64,000 nt of DNA from the NCBI RefSeq assembly GCF_006345805.1, contig NC_043010.1, forward strand, positions 61,132,001 to 61,196,000. Reading direction: 5' to 3'. How positions within the stretch are numbered: position 1 is the stretch's first letter; the number at the start of each line of letters is the position of its first letter. The position numbers were made by a program, and so were the translations under genes. Origin of the DNA: Octopus sinensis. Lineage: Eukaryota. Positions 1-12,518 of the stretch are shown here, in pieces. The notes beneath the pieces were generated by a model. That model worked only from the letters and a program-made list of their open reading frames with translations. It had not been told where the DNA came from and did not search any database.

Positions 1-2706
1 ATGATTTAATATGAGAGAGTGGGGGTGGGCTAAAGGTGACGGTTCACGATTTGATTCTCGAGTGTAGTTAATCCATTTTCCCTATTGACTGGTGAAAGAC
101 AATTGCTGGCTTTAACATTTTTCCAGGAAGAAAAAACGTTAAACGTATATAAGATCAAATTATCGAGGAAAACTCCCCATAACTACCTCCCCAAGGAAAC
201 AAAAAGAAAAAAAGGCGAGTCAAGCAGTAGATGACGGGTGGGGGTAACGGGTAGTACAGAATTGTCTTATAAAACGTGTCTACCATACTAGCAAGATTAT
301 CATTGACGTAAGTGAAATACTTTTATGTACTAGATCACAGATATCATTATGTAATAATGTTGTGGGTATTCAACTGATAAGATACCCTAATGCAACTGTT
401 AGATAGCCCTTTTATAATAACGTAACTGATAATTAACCACTCCTGTACAATCAGCGCTCCCTTACACTTCTTGTGTCGCCATATCCGGTATTGAGTTCAT
501 TTTCTGTTCCCTCCATATTAAACAAAATTATTTCGTAAATGACAATGCTATTTCGTGTTCTCTATTTCTAATTCATACTTTTGTTTGTGCCATATTCATG
601 TTTAGCTCAGAATTCTTGACCATTTTGCCAGGTTAGGAACATTTTCTGTGGCTCTTCGATAAATTCTGAAATAAGAACGACGTCATCGCCTTTTATAGGT
701 TCTTGAGGACATCGTGTCCTGAACGCCCGTGTTTATATGTATCTATGAGAATCATAATGAATGGTTAAGGACTGAGGACGGAGCCTCGTAGCCTCATCAG
801 ACATGAATCTTGGAGAGAAATCCTACGAACCAATATATGGTTCCCTTCAACTCAGGGGAAATAAGTGAAGGAAGTCTTCAGGATTTCGATTCTTAAAATG
901 ATGGAATCCATTTTTACAGCAGATTCTAAATATCTCATCTATCGGTTCTGGTTCTAGTTGCTATTGTTTAAACCCAGGTCAGCTACGATTGAACAGACAT
1001 ATAATTAAAGGCGTTCTAGCCGTGACCATCCTTTTTTAAAAATATCTAAACCATCAACCAATATGTCCTCCCATTTTTAAGACGGCAAGATGTGATTTGA
1101 GGGAATTTGCTTGCTATTTCAGCTGATCAAGCGACTGCAAAATTGTTCCCTTCTTTCCATAAGGTTAAATAGAGAAGAGGGGGGAAATTTTATCAAGGAA
1201 ATCATTGCCCTTTGTTACTCAGAGACATCATCTGCAACAACAACAGTTAAGTTTACTGCTAGCATATTTAACGTAATTAATATTAACTACCTAATTAACA
1301 TATTTAATGTAGCGAATATTAAGTAATCTATTTAATAGAGTACATTTATCAGTGATTCACTCATTACGGGTTGGCGATCAAAGATTCTGCTTAGACCACA
1401 AAAGCTCGCCCCAGCGACAATATTCAGGACAACTTGGGGTCTTTGAACGAAACCTGCATTCCCCATATTTTCTAATATTCATTAATTACTGATTCATTAG
1501 TAGTAATTGTTCAATTAATATAATGAAAGCGGTGAACTGGCAGAATCGTCATCACGCCGGAAAAAAATTTCTTAGCGACATTTCTTTAGGCCTTACGTTC
1601 TGAGTTCAAATGTCACCGGGGTTGATCTTACCTTTCACCCTTTCGGGGTCGATAAAATAAGTACCATTTGAACACTGGGATGGATGTAATCGACTTAGCC
1701 CTTCCTCTGCTATTGCTGGCATTGCGCCAACATTTGAGATCAATATATTTAATATAGTGAGAGGTGGTGAATCCCCGTCGTTTGACGATGAGGATCCAGT
1801 CGTTCGTTCAATTGAATTATCTCCTCCTGAACTTATGTAAAAATGGCTGAGCACTCTACGGACAGGTGTTGACTTCACGTAATTCTTGAGCACAATCAGT
1901 ACGTGACAAGACTTTACAATTACCATCCAACCAGGCAGGTGTTTCTCTACAGATTCCATCGACCCAGTTCAATCACAAGTTATGAGTTGATCCACGTTTA
2001 TAGAAAGCGACATTTGCCTCAAGACGCCACGCAGCAGGATCGAACCTGAGACTTTGTCGCTGTGAAGCTTAACCATTCGGCCATTTATGTGATAAAGGCG
2101 GCGAGCTGGCAGAATCGTTAGCACGCTGAGCAAAATGCTTAGCGACATTTCGTCCATCTTTATATTCTGGGTTTAGATTCCGCTGTGGTCGACTTTGCCT
2201 TTCATCCTTACGAGGTCGATAAAATTGGTACCAGTTGAGCACTAGGATCGATCTAATCGATTTGCTCCCCCGAAATTGTTGGTCTTGTGCCAAAATTTGA
2301 AATCAATAATTACGTGATGAAGAAAAGACGACGGTAGCTCAATGACTGATATTATTTTAATTATTTTAACAAATATGGAGGGAATGATATGTTAATGTTT
2401 CACAACCGATGCTCATGTACAATGTTATACATTTACTCAATGATACCCTCATTATTACTACAGCTATTACAGTGAAGTATATGCTTAGCTGAGAAGGTCA
2501 TAATAAAACCAGAACATGTCTGGAGTTGTTTCCCATGTTTGCTGACCTGATTAAAATAATATCAGTCATTGAATTAATGTTGTCTTTTCTTAACCATATA
2601 ATTATTTTGTAATTAGGTATCTAATCATCAGTTAAATCTATTGATATTATCTTCTTTTTGTTCATGTTAGTGATGTCGCTGAGAAGTTAACTTCAGTGAC
2701 TTGTAT

Positions 2707-2707
<1 letters not shown>

Positions 2708-2757
<50 letters not shown>
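2708..2757. repeat. (CA)n microsatellite
   Basis: About 25 perfect units. Confidence 0.95.
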
Positions 2758-2758
<1 letters not shown>

Positions 2759-2990
2759 GTAAGCACATAAGTACAAAACAAGATGGAAAAAAATCGTACT
2801 TGGATACCGAAGGTAGACTAATATGCTTTTATTAAAGCTGCAAAATGTTCACAAAACTATTATTACCCAGCTTCACATTCTCGATCGTTGGACAGTTGTG
2901 ACAGACAGACAGACATATTGTGTAGGCACGCAAACTAGTGGTCAGGGTGTTGTACTCACGATCGAAAGATCATGGTTTCAGTTCCCGGAC

Positions 2991-3536
2991 GTGAATCTTT
3001 TTCCTACGAGAGTTCCGGACCCCAACAATGAACTCATTTGCATACAGCCAATCAGAGCTCACCTTGACCTTGTCAAGTTAACAAACACCCTCTACCAAGT
3101 AAACTCCAGACGAAGAACGGTGCTGTAAGTGGACGGAACGCCAGGTTATGCCTGATTTTAGAAGGAGAAGTAATTAGATAGATTTGCATCATAGACCTAT
3201 GATCGGATTTTGTTAGGGCCCCATATGGTAAAGGTGTGGATGGGGAAAAGGTGGGTAGAGGGTGATGTGCTAGCAACCCTCTCCCCTTACTGGTTTACAA
3301 AGTAAAGAACAACACAAATAACTACGCAGAGGCAGCCATGGTTGAAACAAGAACAAGAACAACAAGCATTCTTAAAAGAGAAAAGAAGCATGGTCATTCC
3401 TTGCCCAAATGACCTTATCTTATCACCCATCACTTGTCATGCGCTCATAAATTAGTTTAATAGTTGAGCTCTGATTGGCCGTATGCAAATGAGTTCATAA
3501 CTGGGGTCCGGAACTCTCGTGGGAAAAAAATTTCTC
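2991..3536. mobile_element. Mutator-like MITE (546 bp, about 70-bp TIRs, 9-bp TSD) inserted in a SINE head
   Basis: TIRs 2991-3061 and 3465-3536; TSD TTCCCGGAC (2982-2990) / TTCCCGAAC (3537-3545); the interrupted SINE resumes after 3545. Confidence 0.75.
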
Positions 3537-4319
3537 TTCCCGAACCAAGCAGTGCATTGTGTTCTTAAGCAAAACACTTTATCTCGCGTTGCTCTGCAGT
3601 CACTTCCTTACCTGATATATAGAACACCGAGCATCTGTACAGGCAATGTCGATTTGAAGACGTGAGAGAACCGATCTACGGCACAAATATTTAACCATTA
3701 TAAACAAATCGTCAGTGCAGGCTGTTCGACAAGAAATTTCGGGACCCTCATCTGTCGTCTACGACGGGAAAGTGTACTATATGTAGTAAAATCTCAGTAA
3801 CCCGAAAAAAATTTCAATGTCTACTACGTAGTAAAACCAGCCATATTGTGTGTGACCCGAAGTCGAGAATGATATTGATGCTATCGTTTCGTGTTTTGTC
3901 TACAAGATTAAAAGTGAATCTGAACGACTAAAAGAGGTGTTCAAGACGATCTTTTGTTTACAGTTTTCAAAAATATCCCATGTCGGTCCGTAATTTGATC
4001 TCTCTGTAGTTTCTCTTTCTGTTGAAATGTCTGTATTCTATTTTATCAGAAGTATTTTCTTCATTTATCCCAGTGTGTCTCCCCCCCCCCACACCAATAG
4101 ATGGTAGTGTCACACATTGAGTAGTATTTTAGCATCATCACTCCCTGTTATATGAGAGTCCCTTAATAAAATCTTCGGGCAGCTGATGGTCACATATAAA
4201 TAGTTTCTACAGAAATATGACACAAGGCACATTTTGGGTGACATTTTAAAGATTTAAGTGCTTCGCCCTCTTTGTTGTTCAATATTACTATCATCTGCTC
4301 TGTGGTTGTAAAAAGCTTA

Positions 4320-5300
4320 ACTTTTCAAAATGTGACGACATGAGATGATAGTCCCGAGTGTGTCTACACTTTCTGTTGCTATTAGCAAACTCCTAAGCCT
4401 TACTGAAAATATATTCTTGCTTAACCTTTTGATGATATGCAGTGTTTCCCCACCTGAGCTTTGTTGAGTTGCGTAGATCCAGTAGCTCTGTGACCATATG
4501 AAGTTCATATAAGTACTTCTTGAGGAGTTCACTTCCGACCCATACAATATGGTTGGTTGGTTGGCAGGCGTTTGCCGTTGTTTAACAAATGTTAAGTGAT
4601 ACCAGACGACATTTGAAAGCTGTCTCAATTGATCTCCATTTTTTCTTTGGGATTAAAGCCTAAAAATATCACTATATGTGCGGAAACTTTCAACTGATGC
4701 CAGTATCTTGCAGATTTTAACATCTGTCAAGTGGATTTCCTCTACAGACCAGTCAAGTGTCTTGTATATTGTTATCATTACAAGTACTACGATGTCTTAT
4801 GGATTGCCTTGTAAGAGGAAAGCTTTGACTGACATTTTCAACTAATATAATATCTTTGGTCACTCTCTTTGTTCACAGCACCTCTGTATGATATGTTTTC
4901 ATCAGTAGCCATGTTTTCGAGGCACAGAACCCATTGTGTGATACTGTGGAGATAAATAGAAATCATCAATGTAAAAGATGTTAACTTTGAAAGCGGTTTT
5001 CTCGCGTTCATTTGTCAAAGACATTGCTTCGATCAAATTCTATTCTTATATTACTTGATAATGCTATTATTAAGTTCAGCAGCATTTTTTTTTTCCGGGT
5101 AGTAAAAATTTCCCATATAGATTTTTTAGGTCGTCTACAAATTTATCATGAATTACACTGGTGTCTCTTATTGTTGGGGACCCTGGCACACAAGAAATGG
5201 AGTTTTCCAAAGAATCGTAGAAGAGACTGTCTATCTGGGCTTCTCTTTAGTTTGATAGTAAATCTAGTATCAAAGTAAACAGAAACCCAGATAGGTTGTC
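4320..5300 (-). mobile_element. Highly decayed R4/Dong-like non-LTR retrotransposon RT fragment
   Basis: Minus frames give FVDDLKNLYGK and LDWSVEEIHLTDVKICKILASVESFRTYSDIFRL*SQRKNG, resembling the YMDDLKLY and DWT..EL...D.KTRK.L.......SD..RLY.PRK.GG motifs. Confidence 0.55.
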
Positions 5301-6577
5301 TCTGCTGAATATTTCGTTTGAAAGAATTATAACAGCAGAGGCAATCGTAGAGCAGAGGAGAAAATATTTTGGATTAAGCAATGGTTCGCCACGTTCTGGG
5401 TTCCAATCCCTGTAAGGTCAACTTTGTATTTCATCTTCCTGGGTAATGAAATTAACTTCCAGTCAAGGACTGGAGTCGGATTTGATAATCCTACAAATAT
5501 CCTAGATATGAATGGAGTTATAGCACCAGACTGAAATTTATTTCAAAATTATATTTTAATAAAATATTCTATATATTGTACGGTGACATAAAGTCAATGG
5601 CGTGAAAGTCACAACTTCCTTTTTAAATTCCCTTTAAAATCGCAGTCTATAACCCTTAAAAAAGGTTATATTTCTATTGTTATACTTGGGGAGAGTCGTT
5701 TTTAGTTAATTTTATAGTGTGTATGTGTTTCTAAGAGTCTATGTTTATGTATGCGTGTCTCTGTAAGTGCATGTATGTGTGTGCGTACGTGTGTGATAGC
5801 CAGAAGAGACACGAATAAACGATATGCAGGGGAGGTAACTGCTATCAGTGGAATGAGAGAAAGACGGAGAAAGAAAGAAAGAGAGAGAGAAACTGAGATA
5901 GAGAGAGGGAGGGAGACAGAAGAGAGACAGAAAGAGAGAGAGAGAGAGAAAGCTGTGTGTCTTTGGTTGAATTTTGTCTTCCTGGTAAAGTACCATGTTT
6001 TTCTCTTCATCTCTACTTGTAGACAAATAACACGATACCAAATTAGATCTAACTTCATTTATTTAATCAATCGCTATTTCCAAAACAAGCACTTTGCATT
6101 ATTCCCTCTTAATTCACCTTTGATATTTCGTGTGTCTGTTTTTTCTCCTCCTAAATACAATGACATCCAGATTTAAAGCCAGATTGCGATTCCTTAAACA
6201 ACTTTAAAAAAAAAAAGAACTTCATTCATCCATGTGATTTAACTGAGTATCTTTCTCGGCTGCTGTTGCTATATATATTTATTGTGGCTTTGTTACAGTC
6301 TTTAGTTTTTAGCAGCCAAGAAAACATTTTATTTCTTCTGTGAATGCCATGTTTTCCTTGTGAATTTGTGTGTGTATGTTTGTGTTTATACATGGGTGTA
6401 TGTGTCTGTGAGAGAGTGTGTGTGTGTCTGATGTCTTTTCCAAGAATGATGGCCTAATTGTTTTTAGCTCCAGTTCAGCACTGTTCTAGCAGACATATGA
6501 ACACAGGCTTTCCAGCTGTGGCCATCCCGTCTGTTTATGGGTATGAGATTTAGCTGCTATTCTAAAACAAGATTGTT

Positions 6578-6616
<39 letters not shown>

Positions 6617-9600
6617 GGTGGTGATGGTGGGAGACTATTTATTGTGGTAAGCTCTAACTACCATTATTTTAGTGACCACTCACCACTGTCATCAGGTATG
6701 TTCATCTACATTTATAGGCAGCTCTTTCAGTCCTTTGGAGCCAAACCGAACCTACCTCAACAACAGGATGTCTATAGGGGTCTCTTCCAGTTGAACTTAG
6801 CTTGGCATGTCTAGACGTTTCCAATCCATGCAGGTCTGGACTACGGAACTTAATTCTCTGCGATCTGGAACCCATCTACCTCTGTCTGTAACGAAAGCTT
6901 TATGAAACTATCATCTGTTGTAACACAACAGCTGCCTTGTTTGTTATGAAAGCGGCTGGGTCCGCATTTGGTGAGTAACTTAATATGTATTGGTGATGCA
7001 TCTGTGGCCTAGACAGGGGGGTAGGAGCTATGTCCAGTCACACACAAACAAGTATTTATTTGATAATTAACAAACCGTTATGTATGTATGTATGTTCAGA
7101 CAGACATGTTAAGAGAGACTGCCGGAGATATAGGAAGTGGCACTTATAGACAAATAGATAAATAGATTTGTAGGGAACCAGACTGTTTGTACCTTGTGAA
7201 AAGGGGTTCGTTTAACTACAAACGTATCGATACTTTCGTGCAAAGATGTGTATGTTTCTATGTTGCTGTATCTGTTTACGCTTAAATTGGGTCTTGGTGG
7301 TACAAATGTGTAAGTTTATACACAAACGGATGTGCGCCTGTGTTTACGAACAAAGACGTGCATGTTTACATGTAGACATGCGCGTGTTCATTAATTGTAA
7401 ATGCGTGTGTGTGTGTTTCTAAATGGAAGTGTATGTGTTTATGTGCAAACGTGTGTTTACTTGCAAAATTGTCTTTACCCGCGATGACGAAATATTCTGT
7501 CCGAAACGTTAAATTTTTCTTCTTTTTCATAGCACAGCATTCCACTGTATGAACGATTCATATGCAAACATGTGTGTCTGCATGCAAGTGTGTGAGATGG
7601 ATATATTTAGGGAGGTGAAAGGCAGAATCGTTAGCACGCCGGGCGAAATGTGTAGCCGGATTCCGAGGTCGACTTTGCCTTTCATCCTCTCGGGGTCGAT
7701 AAATAAAGTATCAGTTTCGCACTGGGGTCGATGTAATCGACTTAATCCCTTTGTTTGTCCCCTCTATGTTTAGCCCCTTGTGGGTAATAAAGAAATACGT
7801 ATTTCGTCTGCCGTTACGTTCTGAGTTCAAATTCCGCTGAGGTCGACTTTGCCTTTCATCCTTTCGGGGTCGATAAATTAAGTACCAGTTACGCACTGGA
7901 ATCGATGTAATCGACTTAATCCGTTTGTCTGTCCTTGTTTGTCCTCTCTGTGTTTAGCCCCTTGTGAAACATATAAAGGAACATATATTTAGGGAGGTGT
8001 GTGTGTGTTGTGAGTTGCCATGTGCTGGGATTGTCTCCCAGTCACACTGTCTTACTACTTTATGTCTTTGGTTCGAATTTCAGGGTTGTCATGCTTCAGA
8101 CCCTGACGGATTGCTATTGAGATGGCGAGAATGTTATAGATCAGGTGCCAACCATGAACGAGCAGTGACATAGCTTCGTAGGGAGGACTAAGATGGTTCA
8201 CTTTCCTTGTTCTTTGATAAGGTAAAAAACTTCTTAATTCTTTTCTTTACTCTCTCTCTCTCTCTCTGTGTACAGACGGGGGTTAGAACCGATGGCGAAA
8301 GTAAAGAATACGCAAACCCAGTGTTTATTATTAGGGATTTTGTTACGCCGGAAACGGGTGGTTTGCGTATTCTTTACCTCCGCGGGAACCGATTGCCTCA
8401 ATGTTATTAATATTTGGCAGAATCGTTAGCGGCATTTTATCCGTCTTTATATTCTGAGTTCAAATTCCGCTGAGGTCGACTTTGCCTTTCATCCTTTCGG
8501 TGTCGATGCAATAGATACCAGTTGAAAACTGTGGCCGATGTAATCGACAAGCCCCATCTTCCGAACTTGCAGGCTTTGTGTCAAAATTTGAAACCTATAT
8601 ATAAATTAGTTTATTTTTGTTTTTGAAAGTTTTCTGATTTTTTTCCTTCTGTATAATTCAGGTAAATTATTTAAATTACCAAAGGCCACAAAAATAAAAA
8701 AAAAACTTCCCATATTTCAGCGGTGGTGCCCCAGCATGGCCGCGGCCTTCCGGCTAAAACATTTTTAAGGATTTAAGGATATTTATTCTACCTCCTTGTG
8801 CCCTGATTCTCGCATATGACATCCAACATGCTGAAAACTGACCTCAGCATATTTTCCCATCATTTACCTCATTTGCAGCTACCATCCATCACCACGTGGC
8901 CATACCACCTCCATCACCACCCACCCTTTCTCCATCTACCACCCCCCAAATGTCCATACAATTAAACAGATCTAACAACTGTTTGAGTTACCTCCCTTAT
9001 ATTACTCAAAGACTTCGAAACAGCATGAAGGCCATAAAGTCTTCATCAGTTCAACTCAACTCTTCTTGCTTTAAAATTCAATAGATGGAAATGTGTTCTT
9101 CGATATTGTTGCCCTCTTCGGGCCCAGCTGCACTATTGTACTTACAGGGTTTGCTCCTGTTAAGTTTGTCTCTATTCTAATTCCCTCAAACACATACCAA
9201 AATCTTGATTTATCTCCAGTTTCAATCTTTATTTAATTTTCATCTTTCATAGTTGGGGTCCACTGCTGACCACCAGAATAGTGCGGCCATTTGAGTTTAT
9301 GTCCTCATCTACCTCTATGGCACATCACTTGTGGATGTTGACTGCAACTTGAAAACGTGGTCTGTCTTTCATTGGAGTTTTCATGACTACACTCTTGGAC
9401 CAGCAAGATTTGCCAGCTTGCACGCAGGATGATTTTATGAAACATCATTCATTTGGTAGGTCATTGGCTCGCAATGAGCTCATCCTTCTGGCAGTGTCCT
9501 GCCATGTGTCCACACCTTGGCAAGCCAGGTGGAGGAGGTGGTTTAGTTGCTGACCACCTGACCATGAAACAGCACTCAGCTACATTGTACCAGGAGCAGG

Positions 9601-11039
9601 ATTTTTTCTGACATCATCTGAATGCCCTCTTCTAATCTGTAAATGCCAACAGCATTTAAGATCTTGAGAATTTCATGCCCCATCTTGTTTCTGTGTTGTT
9701 TGAAGAAGTCTGAGAAACTTTTGTTTCGGTTGATTAAATTGACCTTGATCGCTTGACAACTGATGTTGGTGTGTTTGCATCCCCATAGCTTAGCAGTTCG
9801 GCATAAGAGACTGATACCATAAGTACCAGGTTTACAAAGAAAAAGTCCTGGGGTCGATTTCTTCAACTGAAGGCGGTGTTCCAGCATGGCCAAAGTCAAA
9901 TGACTGAAACAAAAAAAAAATAAATAAAAATATTTATTTCAGTACTGGCATCTGTGCCGGTGGCATATGTAAAAGGATGCGAGCGAGATCGTTGCCAGTA
10001 CCGCCTGACTGGCCCCGTGCCGGTGGCACATAAAAAGCACCCTCTACACTCTCAGAGTGGTTGGCGTTAGGAAGGGCATCTAGTTGTAGAAACTCTGCCT
10101 GATCAAGATTGGAGCCTGGTGCAGCCATCTGGTTCGCCAGCCCTCAGTCAAAATTGTCCAACCCATGCTAGCATGGAAAGCGGACGTTAAACGATGATGA
10201 TGATTGATGAAAAATAAAAGAATAAAAGAACATGTCTGGTACTTGACCCCAGAAAGGGGAAAAGCAAAGTTCACTTCAACGAGGTTTGAACTTAGAAAAG
10301 TTGGAACAAATACTGCAAAATTTCTTGTCTGACAATCTAACGATCCTGCTATTTCACTTCTTTAATTATTAATTTTGTTTAAATATAACCAAGTCATGAT
10401 GTTAATTTATCTGTTTCTAAATTTCCAGGTAAATCCTCCAGCTTCCACAGAAAGATGAGGATGGTGAACAGGAAGTGAAGAATGAGGAGGATGGTCAGAA
10501 CTGGCCTGTTAATTAGTCCAACTGCTTCAATACCTTAATTAACAGCCATCAGTAGCAGCAGCAGCAGCTGTAGATAAAGTTGAATGTTTAACTGGAAAAG
10601 ATGAGGAAATATTATTTATAAAGTTAATTGTGTAGTGAATCTGAAGCAATATGGCAGATGTTGATCTCTTGAGACTCTCGGACACCTATGAATTGTGACC
10701 AACATCTCTCTGTCATCTTAACACCAACTGTATTGATGACAGCTAATCAACCATTAATAGCTAACGCCATCAGCTGTTTTATTAATAATAACTCCACTTT
10801 CAGGATTGTTAATCAACCATCAACAGAAAACACCAACTTCATTAACAGATCCTCTGTAATGACAATTAATCAAACATCAACTGTGAACACTGTGGTGTTA
10901 GTATCTTCCCTCTCATGACAGTCATATAAATATTAACAGTGAACAACAAACAGGGAAACATTAACATTGAACAGTGACTTGTTTAACGGTCCTAGCTCTG
11001 GTCAGTCGTTAATTGCTTTGAGCAGGTGAACTGTTAAAG

Positions 11040-12518
11040 ATGGAGGAGAAGCCCTTTAAATGTGCAGATTGCCACGAGGCTTTCTCTGATCAATCAGATT
11101 TAGACTTGCATGTTGCAAATAGCTGTGATGATGTGGACCGGAAGGATTCCAGTCAATTCCTGAAGGCTTTCGGTTTGAGACAGAAAGGGAAAATTCCAGA
11201 AAAAACTCAAGTGGAAAAAAAAGTGGAAATCTCAGATAATAGTGTGGAAAACTTGCCTCCAACTGAGTCGAAGAATATTAATGGTTCCGGCGGTGTTAGG
11301 AAACGGAAAACATACAAATGTGATACTTGTGGGAAAGTATTTTCTCGGAGCGATCATTTGAAAATGCATAAATTGAGTCACTCGGATGTCCGGAGCCATG
11401 TCTGTGAAATCTGTGGAAAAGCCTTTGCCCAGGCTGGGATAATGCGAAGCCACATGAGAATCCATGCCAGTGTGAAGCCACATGTTTGTAAAGTGTGTGG
11501 TAAGTCGTTTGTTCGTAGTTTTGCTTTGGAAGGCCATGTCAGGATTCATACGGGAGAGAAGCCGTTTGTGTGTTCGATTTGTGGAAAAACTTTCTCACAA
11601 AAATCTGGCTGGATAAGCCACACAAAGAACCACCTCGACAAGAAGGCCCATGCATGCGATGTATGTGGTAAGTCTTTCTCACAAACCTATGCTCTGAAAC
11701 GCCATAAAAAGACCCACACGGGAGAAAGGCCGTATGCCTGTTCGATCTGTGGCAAAACTTATTCTCAGAAATCAGGTTTGACAACACATTTGAAGAACCA
11801 TTCTGGAGAGAAGGCCTACACGTGTGAGATTTGTGGTAAACAGTTTACGTTAGTTCACGTCCTCAAAAGGCATCGACTCACCCATTCTGGGGAAAAACTC
11901 TTTAAATGTGATACGTGTCAAAAACATTTTGCTTGCAGCTCATCTCTGAAAATACACGAAAGACTCCATTCTGGCAAGAAAATGTATCAATGTGATATCT
12001 GTGGTAAGGAATTTGCACAGGGAGGACAACTGAAATCCCACCATGCCACTCACACCGGCAACAAACCATTCAAGTGTGAAGAATGTGGCAAAGGTTTTGC
12101 TTTGAATTCCATTTTAACAAAACACAAACGGGTCCATGCTGCCATCAAGCCCTTCCCTTGCTCAGTTTGTGGGAAAGGGTTTACTCAAAACTTCACCCTT
12201 TTGTTACATCTTCGGATCCATACGGGCGAGAAACCCTTCAGCTGTGAGTTTTGTGGCAAACTCTTCTCCCGTAAAGACGGCTTGGCCATTCATCGGAAGA
12301 ACCATACAGGGCAGAAAGCATTTACCTGCAGTTACTGTGGCAACACTTTTTCAAAGAGTTCGACTCTAAAGAGGCATGAAATGATTCACACGGGGGAGAA
12401 ACCCTATTCGTGTTTGGAGTGTGGGGTGTCATTTTCCCGCAAGGCACACCTGAAACGACACGAAGCCATTCACAGGTCCACCGAGGCTTTTGTTGAGAAA
12501 CCAGCGACACAGAATTGA
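11040..12518 (+). CDS. Multi-finger C2H2 zinc-finger protein (492 aa; 14 canonical fingers plus an N-terminal atypical C2H-C finger), single-exon ORF
   Basis: Open 492-aa ORF with repeated CxxC-12-HxxxH motifs and TGEKP-type linkers from YKCDTC to YSCLEC; the recognition helices are diverse. Confidence 0.95.
   Translation: MEEKPFKCADCHEAFSDQSDLDLHVANSCDDVDRKDSSQFLKAFGLRQKGKIPEKTQVEKKVEISDNSVENLPPTESKNINGSGGVRKRKTYKCDTCGKVFSRSDHLKMHKLSHSDVRSHVCEICGKAFAQAGIMRSHMRIHASVKPHVCKVCGKSFVRSFALEGHVRIHTGEKPFVCSICGKTFSQKSGWISHTKNHLDKKAHACDVCGKSFSQTYALKRHKKTHTGERPYACSICGKTYSQKSGLTTHLKNHSGEKAYTCEICGKQFTLVHVLKRHRLTHSGEKLFKCDTCQKHFACSSSLKIHERLHSGKKMYQCDICGKEFAQGGQLKSHHATHTGNKPFKCEECGKGFALNSILTKHKRVHAAIKPFPCSVCGKGFTQNFTLLLHLRIHTGEKPFSCEFCGKLFSRKDGLAIHRKNHTGQKAFTCSYCGNTFSKSSTLKRHEMIHTGEKPYSCLECGVSFSRKAHLKRHEAIHRSTEAFVEKPATQN

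Noticed and set aside
7470-7520. Hammerhead-like GATGACGAAATATTCTGTCCGAAACGTTAAA
   Set aside because: Helix II and GAAACGTT look right, but the CUGANGA core needs about 3 substitutions and helix I is not convincing; at best a dead relic.
9290-9720. Possible LINE C-terminal fragment on the minus strand
   Set aside because: Only vague resemblance; no diagnostic motif.
10429-10513. Possible exon encoding the acidic peptide KDEDGEQEVKNEEDGQNWPVN*
   Set aside because: An acceptor-like AG is present, but no supporting upstream coding exons were found; more likely 5' UTR of the ZNF gene.
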